Source: Nemertoderma westbladi
Taxonomy: Eukaryota; Animalia; Xenacoelomorpha
NCBI GenBank assembly: GCA_032718475.1
Contig: JAUCBJ010001848.1
Span: 30,884-94,883, forward strand
DNA length: 64,000 nucleotides
Direction: 5' to 3'
Shown here: positions 49,116 through 61,788 of the stretch, piece after piece
Numbering within the stretch: the stretch's first letter is position 1
How the letters are laid out: the number at the start of each line of letters is the position of its first letter
Position numbers and translations under genes: made by a program
Notes under the pieces: model-generated
Database searches by the model: none
What the model saw: only the letters and a program-made list of their open reading frames with translations
What the model was told of the DNA's origin: nothing

Positions 49116-50402
49116 TTAGAGATAATAAAACTTACAGTTAATTAATTATTGATTAATCATTAACTATAATATTGTTATGGTTAATTTTTTTAAACGAAAT
49201 TATTGGTGGACCTCAGACACCAATTAGCTAGATCCATTTTTGGCGAAATCTAGATAATCTTACAATGTCCTCCGCACCTACCCAACTCCAACTGCCTCAC
49301 CATCTTCCACCTCTCCTTCTTCCACCTCTTCTTCTTCACCCACATCATCTAAAACACAATCACAATCATGATCAATACAATCATAGTATAAGAAGTGTGC
49401 TCCCCAGTATAAGTCTCCTCCCATAGCGCAACAATGAGACCCCTTCACCACTTCCCTCACATCAAATTCTCATTTTACCAATCAGAAGCCAGTACTTTCA
49501 GAGCAATAGGCTTATTCCATGTAAAGTGCGGGACATTCGTACGACTTTTTGTGCATTCTTTATTATTGTACATCAAGAAAATGATCTAAAATAATATATT
49601 GCTTGTGTTTCTTAGAAAAACCAATTATCGGTTCAGTAAAAAAAAAGTATTAGTAATAGTAGAAAACCCGCAGCAGTTTATGTCTCAGAATTATTGCTTC
49701 AAAAAATTTTAAAGTGCGGGACGCGTACGAAAGTGAAATTCTCAACTGTCAACTTCATTGCTAAAGTTCAGCGAATTGAGTAAAATTAGTGGGAAATCTT
49801 CTATTCCGTGATGTTCCTAGATAAATAGGGAAAATATATTAGCCTTTAATAAGATGGTAGGTAACTTCAATGAAACAGGGGAGAAGTTTAAGTTCAGCAA
49901 AGACATGTAAAGTGTGGGACATTTCAATGTAAGGTGCGGGATACTTACGATTTTATCATTTATGGGTATAATTAGATATAATGGATATAATTAATATTGC
50001 GATACGTAACTACAATTTTGTTGAATTGGTGATTTTTTTAATATATTTTTTTAATATTTTGCTCACTCAGGCTGACTGGTACAATATTACGCTTACAAGT
50101 GGATATAGACTTCCACGACATGTGTAGTAGCCCTAAATTTGATTTTATGGATCAGTAATAATAACAATAATAATTATAATTCATTTAGTGTTGGTTTTGT
50201 GTAGGCCTCTGGTAATAGTCATTAGTGTTGGAGTAGGCCTGGGTAAACTAATGCAGAATGAAATTGAATAATGGGAAACGTAATTAGGCAAAGGTAATAA
50301 TCTATATTGTAGGCCTAGATTCTATACAGTATCCAGTTGGCCTTTGTTTACGAGTTGCCTAAACGCATCATCAGAATGCCTAAGCACACCCCTTTTAACA
50401 GT

Positions 50403-50560
50403 AGCCGAAATGCAACTATGAGTTACCGAAATGCAACTATGAGTTGCCGAAATGCATCACTCAGTTGCCGAAACGCAACCTTGTTACCATGTTGCCGAAA
50501 CGCGACTATGAGTTGCCGAAACGTGTCTCTAACGCTACTATCAGTTGCCGAAACGCGACA
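50403..50560. repeat. ~21-bp tandem repeat (GTTGCCGAAACGCAACTATGA-like)
   Basis: About 7 copies. Confidence 0.85.
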
Positions 50561-51262
50561 ACACCTATTGGTCCAATAAATAATTTAGCACACACCATTG
50601 GTCCAGCTAATCAGTTATGTTAATTGTAAGCACATCATTGGTCAAACAACTTTAATACATATAGGAGGTACATTTGAAATTATAAAAAACACGAAATACA
50701 ATTTTTACTGAGTGAGATTTGAAGTCGTCACCTAATATATGCACAACTTACGCGTTAACCTACTGGGCTATTGGACCAGTCGATGTAAGTGTGTCAACAT
50801 ATGTTAGATATTGCAAATATACAGTTTTTAAATAAATCATAGAAACAAGGCAAATATATCGAAAATTTTGAATTTTTTACTTATGTACAAAATGCTATCT
50901 ATGTGAAATAATTCCACAGTAACAATAAAGTATCAACGCATTGTTGGCGTCCTTATGAATTATTAACTTTATTTAGCCGTAATTTAATCGCTGTTTTGCT
51001 ACCTGTACGGTGCGCGATTATATAACCTGGAGAAAACTCCAGATTCTAGATGACATTTTAGCTATGTTTGCAACCCTAACTAGAGAGGCCTAACTTATGT
51101 AAAATACTGCTCAAATACAGTAAATGAAATAAAAATCACTCTTACATTATGTTACATTTTTCTCCCATGATCATTCGCAGTCGTTTATAATAATATAATT
51201 AATCCATTGGAATAGTGAGGAACTGCTTAGTAATTTTCAGAACATTTTCTGAATAAACTTAC

Positions 51263-51463
51263 CTAATTCGGTACAAAGACTTCCACCTCCTCTATGTTGA
51301 TGATATTTACTCCATGAAAGATAATGGGATATCTTCCACTCAATCCTTGACATGGTACACTGATGACAAGATCCGAGGATGATATTGTGTCACATAGCTG
51401 ATCAATGTTACTACCAAGCGCACGTAAATAAGCGTCATCATTGACATTATTTATAACCAATAC
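51263..51463 (-). CDS. Host exon: C-terminal half of an F-type lectin (FTP) domain, ending in TAG
   Basis: Acceptor TATAG, phase 0; ...PCQGLSGRYPIIF...IEEVEVF; GTAAGT donor follows the stop. Confidence 0.82.
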   Translation of the reverse strand, partial: VLVINNVNDDAYLRALGSNIDQLCDTISSSDLVISVPCQGLSGRYPIIFHGVNIINIEEVEVFVPN

Positions 51464-52189
51464 CTATAATTAATTAATTAATATTAATTTTGGTTAACAA
51501 ATTAATGCGGGTTAATTATCAACCTTTATTTAAATATAATTAAATATTTACAAATAAAACAGGAATTTAATATATGGTGTTATTCCCCATTAATGAGCGG
51601 GTTAAATATCATTTATAATATAGTGGGCTACCTAAAAAATATCACTTTTTGCCCACGGGAAAATATCAGTGATATTCCCGCGTTGCTATGCAACTGCCTA
51701 TTATCCCCGGCCTAGCTCTATTAGCAAATCAGATTGTCAGAACCTACCGGTACCACAACACATTTTTGTATCATTATCCATTGTCCGAAATTGAAAGTAC
51801 GAGACAAGTACGTTACCCAGCCTGTAGCCAGAGCCAGGCAGTATTGGGCTGACCAAGCTGCTTGGCATGTTATAGGCTTAGTACCGGTACGGATTCCAGG
51901 ACCGGTACATGTGTGTGGTTTTGTTTTTTCATCACTTAATTGCTGTCCGACTGCCTGAGGGATAAAGCTGCGAAGCTCTGAAGCTGTGGACTGGTAGCGA
52001 ATAGCGATACAAGTCTGTACAGCAGGCTAGGTAGACCGTACTGTACATATTTCGTGCTCTGTTCTGTCTTTATGTTTAATACGTAAGTTGGACGCGCAGT
52101 ATGGAAATGAATATTGATATTTTATTTGAATAATAATAATAAAGCTGGCTTTAAATAAAACTTGTTGGTAATAAAATTTCGTCGCGGGG

Positions 52190-53085
52190 GCAGACTAGCA
52201 AAGACAGATTGTTTCACTTACGGTGGCGAAAGTGTAGAGATATGTAACCAATACAAGTATCTTGGAGTAATATTACAACCAACTTTATGCTTCACAAAGC
52301 CCTAGATGTCAAGAAACGCAAAGCATTTGGTGTAATTGGATGCCTGCAACATCTACCCATGATATCTGTAAAGACTGGAATAGCAATATTTAACATGAAA
52401 ATAAAACCATAGCAGTTACTTATGCATTTCTAGAGATAGGCGTATTCTTCACCCTACGGAACCTGATCGAACTTGACAAAATCAAAACGGCATTTCTAAA
52501 GAGGCTATTATCACTCCACAAGAACTCATCCGCAACAATGGTGCACAAAATGGTCGGATGCGAAACATTCGCCAAAGAACTTTATAAGGAACACGCAAAT
52601 ATGTTCTCATCCGAAACATGGGAGCTATAATGCAACACCGAAGGGAGAGAGAAGAAAACTTCACCGCACAATGCTACTCTGACAGTCCTGGTTTCACCTC
52701 CCATACGTGGCGTCTTGCCGGCCAACGGAACCGACACATAATAGCAAGAACGACGGTGCATGGATTCCACCACAAGATATGTACAAACCAAACTATATTC
52801 CACCAACTGTCTCCTGAATGCTGCTGCAAATACTGCCACAAAAGCTCACAAGATCGATACCATGCAATCAAATGCAAACCATGTCCATCGTTGTCCTCAT
52901 TGGGCCACTAACCACAAAAGTACCATAAATACAAATACAGTACATAAACCATAACTCACATTGTTCTCTAGCATATTATTATCATTCATATGTATATATT
53001 TCTAGTTTGGACCGGTTTTAATTAAATTTTATTGAGAAATAAAAGTTTTATTACCCCGAAGAGGGGTGTAGTTTAAAAAAAAAAT
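52190..53085 (+). pseudogene. 3' fragment of a non-LTR retrotransposon
   Basis: VEICNQYKYLGVIL motif, Cys/His-rich C-terminus, AATAAA and A-rich tail. Confidence 0.65.
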
Positions 53086-53199
53086 AAAAATAAAACTTGT
53101 TTTTTTAACTACAGTAAACTATTGATTATGGTAATGTAACACGGAAACAGTCTTTATATATAGGCCTAACGGATATTTATGCGAAACCGGAATGCAAAT

Positions 53200-53305
53200 T
53201 TCCCTGGCCACATTCCCGGACTCGAACCCACGTCATCTGGAGTCGGAGACCCGAATTCAAGGCTCCGCTATAATTAAACGGTTAAACCACTACACAATTA
53301 ATTCC
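53200..53305 (-). mobile_element. tRNA-derived SINE-like head
   Basis: A box TGTGTAGTGG and B box GGTTCGAGTCC on the - strand. Confidence 0.5.
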
Positions 53306-53528
53306 CTTGATATTAATATGTTTACTATAAATGGTCCCGCATGCACCAGTATGAACTTATACTGTATTTAGTTATGCATTATTTAATCATTCTGAATGCA
53401 CAAATACAATTTAATGATTTAATATATATTGATATATATTTAATCCCCCCAAAATACCAAGCCCCATTTACTTCACTTGCCCCCAAACAAAACCCTTTTA
53501 GAATTGTTAATAATGTGGAATAACACAT

Positions 53529-53658
53529 TTATTGCCCGATTATCAAGTTATTTTCCCTAATATTTTACCCTCGGGCAGGAAACCCTCGGGCTACGCCCTC
53601 GGGTTATTCCTGCCCTCGGTAAAATATACGGGAAAATAACTTGATAACCGTGCAATAA
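53529..53658. repeat. ~130-bp imperfect palindrome centred on GGGCTACGCCC
   Basis: Arms TTATTGC.CG.TTATCAAGTTATTTTCCC... pair over ~60 bp. Confidence 0.9.
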
Positions 53659-54015
53659 GTATTGATATTTCACTATTTTGATATTTGGATAGTTTTTGGC
53701 AATACAAAATTTATAGCCAACATTTTGGAAATGATCAAAAATTTTTGCGATACTGATTGAAATACAATAACAGTACACGTTCATGGGACCTTCGCACACA
53801 TGTAAGTCTAGACAATGACGACCACGACAACAACAATTACAATGATGATGACGAGTTTTTCTAACATATCCTTATGATAATGCTCACCTGGACTTACGTG
53901 GCTTGTCCCCAATTAAAAATCATTGGGTATCTTACTGTAATACTCATTAATCAGAGGGTTAGTTTTAGGCCCTATTATAATCTCACAAAAGGTACATTCA
54001 CATTCAAATATTTAC

Positions 54016-54272
54016 CTTCGCGCCAATTATTCTGTGCTCCTGTCCTCTTCTGTTGTAAATCATAATGCCATGAATCGTTCTTTCAATGTCAAGATCCACC
54101 CACCACCAGTTGGGAGGAGCCGAATCCGAATGGAATCCACAATCTGGTGGATTCCAAACCTCGCCATTCTTTTTGCCATTAGCAGCTAAATTCGCTGTAC
54201 AACCATATACTGATGAATCACTACCAGTAGTGATGTGGTACATTTTGTTCGCAATATCCAGTTTTCTTCCAC
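54016..54272 (-). CDS. Host exon: N-terminal half of an F-type lectin (FTP) domain
   Basis: AATAG acceptor, GTAAAT donor, phase 1 to 0; SSVY..ANLAANG..C.FHS....NWWWVDL...I..I.IYNR. Confidence 0.88.
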
Positions 54273-54719
54273 CTATTCTCAATCAAATTAATAATACCAA
54301 ATATTTGAAAACTAATCACCTACTTCTATCATATTTAAATTATAATATTTCACCTTGGTGATACAACTACCTATAAATATTTTAACTTGATAATATATAT
54401 GTGGCTGTTTCAGGTCTTGTGGTAAATAGTACCTTCTCCTGAACAACTGTCGTTAGGACAATTGCGACCAGGAAAATTTCGACATGGACAATTGCGACCC
54501 GATCATAAATAAATAGTTATACAACATTATATCCCATTATCTATATCATTATCATCTATATCATATCTATACCATTATATCCCACAACATTATATAAAAA
54601 AAAATTAAAGTACTTCTGTACTGATTAGATAAAATAATAGTAACGCAGCAAGTATATATATACTGCTATACTGCCTGACTGCGGAAACTTATTACAAAAA
54701 CTGCAATACACAATACTGT

Positions 54720-56199
54720 AATTTGCCAAACTTGCCAAAACCTGTTTCTAATGTTTATTTCAAAGCTAATTGAAAAAGCTGTAGCAAACTCCCTAATTGA
54801 ACACATGTGAGTTAATAAGTTTAATGATCCTTTTCAGAGCGTTACAGATCGATGCACAGCACGGAAACTGCGCTTTTACGAGTCAATAATGATGTATTAA
54901 AGAATATCGACGATGGCTCAGCAGTTATTCTGATACTGTTAGATCTCAGTGCTGACTCCGACACAGTCGAGCACTCTATTCTTTTAGACATATTGGATAA
55001 TGATATTGGAGTAACAGGTCGAGTTTTATATTGGTTTCGATCTTATCTCACCGAAAGGCAGCAATCAGTCCGGATTGGTAAATCGTACTCTAAAATGACA
55101 CTTTGGGCTACCCCAGGGATCGGTACTTGGACCTCTACTTTTCACCATATATATGCGCTCACTCAGAAATTTTATCAAGAACCATGGGCTCTGCTATCAT
55201 TTATATGCTGATGATACACAGCTGTATATCGCCTTCAAACCGTCAAACACTTCCAGTGCTGTTACAGTCACTACTGAATGTCTACAGGATATAAAACAAT
55301 GGATGTCCACCCACCTGTTGAAGATGAATAACGATAAAACTGAGGTACTGTACTTCTACTCCAGTCCAGGTTTTCAGCAGTTGTGCCGAGGCCAACACAT
55401 ATCAATATAGGTGACAAGCAGGTCAATCTGACTCATTCAGCAGTGCAATTTTTGATACTTACATGAACTCTGAAAAACATATATCATCGACAGTTCGTAG
55501 TGCCTTTTTTCAACTACGTAATATCTCAAAACTTAAACGATGCTTCGACAAAAAGACTCTAGAAGTTTTAATCCATGCACTGATCTCTAGCAAACTAGAT
55601 TACAACAACGCGTTATATTATGGTCTCCCTTGGAATGTAGTAAGCAGGAACAGGCAAAAGGGACCACATTAATTTAGACCACACCGGTGTTGAAAGAGCT
55701 ACATTGGCTACCTATTCTACTCCGGATCGACTTCAAGATTGCGCTAATGACCTATAAATGTATTCAAAACATCGGCCCATCTTATCTTTGTGACCTAGTC
55801 CAGCCTTATCATCCACAATGTGAACTACATTCCGCTGAACTGAACCTTCTTAGCGTTCCTAAATTCAATCTTGCAAGCTATGGTAAAGTGATTACGCGGT
55901 AGCTGCACCAACAATTTGGAACTCGCTTCCCATCAACATTCGCCCGATCTCCCTCGATAGAAATATTTAAGAAACTAATAAAGACTCATTTATTCAAAAT
56001 GGAATTCCAATGATAATAGTTAAATTTTTTTAACATGAATTATAATCTCACGTTTCTCAAGTGAACTCATGTCTTCAGTTCTGTTTTTAATTATGTTTTT
56101 AACTGTTTTAATTCAGTTCATACAGTGATTGGTTTTTATTAATTTTATGTGTAATGTGCGCCTTTGACCACTACGTAAAGGGCGCGATATAAATTTATA

Positions 56200-56230
<31 letters not shown>
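54720..56230 (+). pseudogene. 5'-truncated L2-clade LINE (RT), frameshifted
   Basis: [28 protein letters not shown]; 3' stem-loop GCGCCTTT...AAAGGGCGC and (TTA)n tail. Confidence 0.9.
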
Positions 56231-56231
<1 letters not shown>

Positions 56232-57660
56232 TTCAAATATATTATATCAATAGCTAGTAAAAAAATATTGCATGAACAATGTTAACAATATACATAGGTG
56301 CCAAAACAATTAATTTTAATTCTAAGCGTTCCAGAATATCTAATTACAAATAATGTAGAGCCAACCGCATCCTTTTGTTCAAATGTAGCCACTGTAATTA
56401 AATCTAGCTATAGTAATGAAATGTAGCTACTGTAATTATTATACAATAATAAGTAAAATTAATAAAAAAAGCATTCCAGAATATAACATTGCGAATAATG
56501 TAGTCAGTATTTTAATATGTAGCTGAGGTAATTTAAATTTAGCTAGCTACCCGTACAATTTCGATCCTGCAAATTGAATAAAATCATGGGTCGCAATTGT
56601 ATGGGGGCAGCAATTGTCCGGGTCGCAATTGTCCGGACACCGTTTTATCCTGGTCAAAACAGTTTGTGGTCTGTTTATATCTGTGTATCTACATTTGAAA
56701 CGTTAATAATTAATCTTGGTAATAATAAAAAAATTTTTCAAAAATATATAAACTACAGCTATGGGTCACTCTCCACATAAGATTTGCCTCCATGTATTAA
56801 CCCTATTTCGACCAGGCTTTTTAAAATTTATGTTTTATGTTATTGAACGGGGGGGGGGGGGGGGGGTTAAATATAATGCGCCTATACACGATGTTCTAGG
56901 CGCTTTGGTACAAAGAAAGTACGAACATCAATATACGTAGAATACACCATATACAGACTAATGTAACATTATTGCATAAAAACTGAATATGTAAAATATT
57001 TAACGCGAGTGAAATGTTTTAGCACAGTAGGGTGGATAATTGTAACACTTTTTATAATTATTATAGAATTTGATAAAGTGTGCATAAGTTGATAAGTTTT
57101 ACCAAACATACGATGTAGAACTTATCAAGGTTGCATGAACCTGAAATTTGCTGTTTTTTTTTAAAGCTGGGCAACTTTTTTGCATTTGGTTCTTTTTAAA
57201 TTATTTATAATTTACTCCTAATATTTTTTTGACTTTTTTCGATTTTATACCATTATTCCCAGGATCTAGAAACGCATTACAAACAAAAAGCTTTTGTGGT
57301 TAAATATTGATCTTTCCAAAAAAGTCATCATTTATATTCATGTCAAAAGGGATTATCCTTCATTAAAATGTAAATAAAAACATTTCAGGTCAGTTCCGGA
57401 AAGAAGTATCTTTTTTTGATAGCAACTTTATGGATGTTAATAGCATGCAAATACGTGAAATCAATTTTCACATACACGAAAATTTATATATCTTTCCAGT
57501 TATGGAAGATTAAGATGAAAAACAGATGAAAAAGATAAAAAGTTATAATGATTATCTCGTTTTTCTTAAAATACATTTTTCGTACTTAACTGATTCCCTA
57601 TTGCGAATGGCCGCTTCAATTGAATACCTATTTGCCATAATATATTATCCTGTAACTTAC

Positions 57661-57783
57661 CACAATCAATTCCATCACCAAAATAATTAGCAAAACACCG
57701 ACATGTAAAACTCCCAACAGTGTTTGCGCACACAGCCAACATATGACAGTTGTTTCCGCTTTTATAAAGACATTCATCGAAAT
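57661..57783 (-). CDS. Host exon: calcium-binding EGF-like domain
   Basis: 123-nt phase 1-1 exon (TTACAG acceptor, GTAAGT donor) encoding [41 protein letters not shown]. Confidence 0.92.
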
Positions 57784-58619
57784 CTGTAATTTAATAATTA
57801 TTTATTATTTTTATTTTAATAAAATTATTATTTTAATAATTTGTAATTTAAAGTAATTTATTTATATTAAGATTGAAAAGAATCAATGGTATAGGCCTAT
57901 TCTGGTATATGGTATGTGATCCAATTACTTTTTAGTATGTTAAAGATACCAATAATGCCAGTGTTAGGTACTGACAAAAATCTAGTTTTAGAATGTATTT
58001 ATGTCCCACCCGCAAGTTCAACAAGCTATGAAGGCAACACTGCTTCAATATTTGATTGTATTGAAAATAGTATTCGCACGGTTTATCATAGATTTGCAAG
58101 TACTTTTATTGTGGGATTTCAATGCTCGCACGGGCTCTTAGTCCGGCAGCCACAATGGTATACCGACAATTTTTGGACGGATTCAATTTTTTTGATGTTT
58201 TGAGTTCTATAGGTCCCACTTAATGAGGAAATGGCGATTATAAAATTTTTGACTTTGGGCATTTTGAAATAACGACCTAGTTGCTAAGGACCACGTAATT
58301 CTCATTTAAAGCATAGCAACTGCAAACAACATGTCATAATGGATTGAAATCTTCTACAAAGTCAATATAGTTTATCTTATGTCTCTGTGTCATGAGAAAG
58401 TGTCAGTATGTAATAATGAACACAGGACGTATATTCTATCAGCTCGGAAGTCTGAGTGTATGATCTATATAATATCTGCCCGACCGGTATGGTATGTATG
58501 TATATCTATATGTATAATGGACTTAGGTCCTTACACCTTTGTACGGTAATAATAGTCATAAGTATATTCACATCATCCCCCTTTCCCCCGCGATCTGAGT
58601 TCGCTGGAGTCATGATCGG

Positions 58620-61600
58620 TTATGGAACGGGGTACGTAGTAGTACTACCAAAACGTACAATAGGTTGATGTCGGCGTGTACTGCGACGTGGTTCTGGTAG
58701 TGTGTCAGCTATGGTCATCTTTAGCGTTGGTGTTTTGGCTATAGGGTTGGATGGGTTTGCGGTTGGTGGGTTAGTGATGTTAGGGTTGCGGTCGGGGTCA
58801 TGGTAGAGTCTGAGAAAACGGCGGTTTCTCCACGACGTGCGACCTGAGGGTAATTTTACTCGGTAGTCGCGTCGTTCCCCAACAGCTACGACGGTTCCAA
58901 CGTGATTCCATCGTTTCGTTTTTGGATCTTGGATACGTACAGTAGATCCAATTCGTATTTTTGGGTGGTCATGTGCGTCATGGTTGTAGAGCTCCTCGGT
59001 TTTGTGACGAAGTTCTCCTGCCCTGTGGTCGGCTGCGTCCGACTCATCGCGCCATTGTTGGGCGTAATGGGTGTGGTGGGCAGGAACGCGTGATCGTAGT
59101 AGACGACCGAAGACGATTTCGTTAGGTGAGCGGCCGTCTGCGCGTGGGGTGTTACGGAGTTCTAGTAAACCTTCCTGGAACTCAGTTGAGCCAGTGTCAC
59201 AGTGTGGTACTTTTTGGAGTAGGCGTTTTATGATTTTCACCGTTATCTCCGCATGGCCGTTGCTTGATGGGAAGTGTGGAGTACTGGGACACCACTCCAC
59301 TCCCCAGCGTTTAAGGAACTGTTTGAAGGAAGCCGCAGAAAATTGTGGGCCGCCATCAGACTTGAATTTTGTTGGGACACCCAGGTCGACGAACCATTTT
59401 CGGGTGACGAAGGCAACCTGTTGTGATGATGGGTCGTGTCGAAACTCGTGTACGACTGGGTATCCAGACAATCTGTCTGAGTAAACCAGGAAGTGTTTGC
59501 CTCCAATTTGGAATAGATCGGAGGAGACGAACTGAAATGGCCGCGTCGGCATTTTGTCAGCCATCAGTGTCTCTTTGGGGAGGCTTGGTAATAGTTCCTG
59601 ACAAGAATGGCATTGCGAAACGGTGCGTTCGATGTCTCGTGTAATGCCAGGCCAGTAGACAGTTTGTCTTGCGCGTTGTTTGGTTCGTGTCATCCCCTGG
59701 TGGGATGCATGCAATCTGTCTAAAGTATCCTGTTGATAGATTTTAGGAATAACTATTCTGTCCCCATATAATACAATGTCGTTGTATATCGAAAGGTTAT
59801 TGCGTATGGACTTGAACAGTTTAATGTATGGTGATGCGTTATGTAGACCACTAAAGTCAGTTTTGATCTCCTGGATCAATTCTTGGTACTCGGTGTCATC
59901 TAACGCTGCATCACGCAAATCCTGAATGATTGGGTCGCTTTCCATCACGTTTTCCGTGTTCCCGGAAATGGTTAATGCATTGATTGTGAAAGTGATGTCA
60001 TCGGGTTCGTCTGGGTCATCGACTGGTGAGCGGCTAAGGCAGTCTGCTATTCGGTGCTGTTTGCCTTTTTGCCATTCAACCCGGAACTGGTATTGAGATT
60101 GAAGTTCAGCCTTCATCCGTTGGATTTTGGCGTTTTCGATTTGGTTTATGGTGTAATTATTGAACATGGTGAGCAAAGGCCGGTGGTCGGTTACTACCGT
60201 AAATGTTGGTAGGCCCGCAAGGTACAGTCTGCACCTCTTTATACCATAGTAAATAGCTATGCACTCCAACTCAATAGTAGCATAGCGGCTTTCCGTATCA
60301 GTTATAAATCTACTGCCACAGGCAATAAGTTTCCATTGGTTGTCTTGGCGTTGCAGTAGATCATATCCAAAACCGTTGAGACGGCTGGCATCTGTTTCGA
60401 GCCGCGTTTCGGCGTTGATATCAAACGTGGCGAGGACTGGGGGTTGAACAAGTGCCTGTTTAACTTTGTTGAAGGCCTCCTCGTGGTTAGCCGTCCACAT
60501 AAAAACGTTTCGTGTTCGTAGTAGATCTCGAAGTGGTGTAGCGAAGGTACTGATCTCACTAGAAAAACATCCAAGTTGATTTACCAGACCCATGAAACTT
60601 CGTAAATCAGTTATGTTTTGTGGATTATGAAAGTTGGTGATGGCCTTCACTTTGTTGGGGTCGGCCTCCGTCCCATCCTTTGAGATGATATAACCCGCGA
60701 ATTTCACTCGCGTCTGAGCAAAATTAAACTTGGCCGGGTTGAGTGTAATTCCAGCCTGTCGACATCGGTCGAGAATTGTTCGGACGCGATCGATGTGTTC
60801 ATCGATGTTGGTGTCTTCAACGAGGATGTCATCCACAATCTTGTGGATTTGGGGTATACCATCGAGGGCCAGATCGCCGCGGTAGTTGTAACTATCTCCT
60901 GCAGAAATAAAACCCATGGGTGCTCTGCAGAAACGGTAACGTCCCCATGGCGTTATAAACGTTGTATAGTCTCGAGATTGTTCGTCGAGTTCGACCTGCC
61001 AATAACCCGATTTGGCATCCAGGGTCGAGAAAAGGCATGTGCCTGGTGTACGGCCAGATACAACATCGCCTGGTGAACGGGCGTTGTGTATGGTGCGCTT
61101 TACTTGACTGTTGAGTTTTGTTAAATCAACGGTTATACGAATTTCACCAGGTTGGTTGGGTTTTTGGCAAACCACAATTGGGTGGCACCATTCAACAGCA
61201 CGGTCGCCTGTTCGTTCTATTATGCCTTTTTGAAGCATATCCTCAATTTCTTTTTTAGTTTTCTCCCGAAACGGATGGGGTATTGGACGGTGCGCGTAGA
61301 GGCAGAATGGTTTCGCATCATCCACCAACTCGATCGTCATCGGTGGACCTACCATGGTCCGCAGTTGACCTCTGGTCCCAAAAACATCAGAGTATTCATC
61401 GAGAAGTTTCTGTTTTTCGATCTCGATCGATTGGTTATCATTGGATATGGTGTTGATTGCCGAAGTGGCATGTTGGGTGTCGACGGGTTCGTGTTGGGTG
61501 TCGACAGGTTCATGTTGGGTGTTGACGGGTTCATGTTGGGTACCAATGGGTGCATGTTCAGTGTCAACGGGTGTACATTGGGTGTCGACCGGTGCACGTT

Positions 61601-61709
61601 GGGTGTTGACGGGTGTACATTGGGTGTCGATGGGTGTGTGTTGTATCCCGTCAATGAACTTGGTAATTAGGTGTAGTGGTTTCGGGAATTCGGGGTGGAC
61701 AATACCCAA
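58620..61709 (-). CDS. pol: Pol (RT-RNase H-IN)
   Basis: LDAKSGYWQ, IVDD, TDAS, TDHRPL, SDGGPQF, SNGHAE. Confidence 0.95.
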   Translation of the reverse strand: MGIVHPEFPKPLHLITKFIDGIQHTPIDTQCTPVNTQRAPVDTQCTPVDTEHAPIGTQHEPVNTQHEPVDTQHEPVDTQHATSAINTISNDNQSIEIEKQKLLDEYSDVFGTRGQLRTMVGPPMTIELVDDAKPFCLYAHRPIPHPFREKTKKEIEDMLQKGIIERTGDRAVEWCHPIVVCQKPNQPGEIRITVDLTKLNSQVKRTIHNARSPGDVVSGRTPGTCLFSTLDAKSGYWQVELDEQSRDYTTFITPWGRYRFCRAPMGFISAGDSYNYRGDLALDGIPQIHKIVDDILVEDTNIDEHIDRVRTILDRCRQAGITLNPAKFNFAQTRVKFAGYIISKDGTEADPNKVKAITNFHNPQNITDLRSFMGLVNQLGCFSSEISTFATPLRDLLRTRNVFMWTANHEEAFNKVKQALVQPPVLATFDINAETRLETDASRLNGFGYDLLQRQDNQWKLIACGSRFITDTESRYATIELECIAIYYGIKRCRLYLAGLPTFTVVTDHRPLLTMFNNYTINQIENAKIQRMKAELQSQYQFRVEWQKGKQHRIADCLSRSPVDDPDEPDDITFTINALTISGNTENVMESDPIIQDLRDAALDDTEYQELIQEIKTDFSGLHNASPYIKLFKSIRNNLSIYNDIVLYGDRIVIPKIYQQDTLDRLHASHQGMTRTKQRARQTVYWPGITRDIERTVSQCHSCQELLPSLPKETLMADKMPTRPFQFVSSDLFQIGGKHFLVYSDRLSGYPVVHEFRHDPSSQQVAFVTRKWFVDLGVPTKFKSDGGPQFSAASFKQFLKRWGVEWCPSTPHFPSSNGHAEITVKIIKRLLQKVPHCDTGSTEFQEGLLELRNTPRADGRSPNEIVFGRLLRSRVPAHHTHYAQQWRDESDAADHRAGELRHKTEELYNHDAHDHPKIRIGSTVRIQDPKTKRWNHVGTVVAVGERRDYRVKLPSGRTSWRNRRFLRLYHDPDRNPNITNPPTANPSNPIAKTPTLKMTIADTLPEPRRSTRRHQPIVRFGSTTTYPVP
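61471..61640 (-). repeat. 21-bp coding repeat (TQHEPVD-like heptapeptide, ~8 copies) between PR and RT
   Basis: Visible in the DNA and in the translation. Confidence 0.9.
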
Positions 61710-61788
61710 ACCTTTACATGCCGATAATGAAAGGTATACTGCTCCCTTGGATATGTCTGGGCATATGTATACCCAGTCCCTGTGTGTT

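Noticed and set aside
49278-49460. Acidic 60-aa ORF
   Set aside because: Low complexity, with no splice or domain support
50340-50378. CTGATGA on the - strand as a third hammerhead
   Set aside because: No GAAA after the short stem and no stem I/III pairing
18193-53305. Functional tRNA genes at 18193, 36493, ~50705-50777 (-) and ~53200-53305 (-)
   Set aside because: A and B boxes are present but the cloverleaf arms do not form; these are tRNA-derived heads only
58456-58668. Duplicated small ORF (also 63628-63825)
   Set aside because: Incidental reading frame within the two LTR copies
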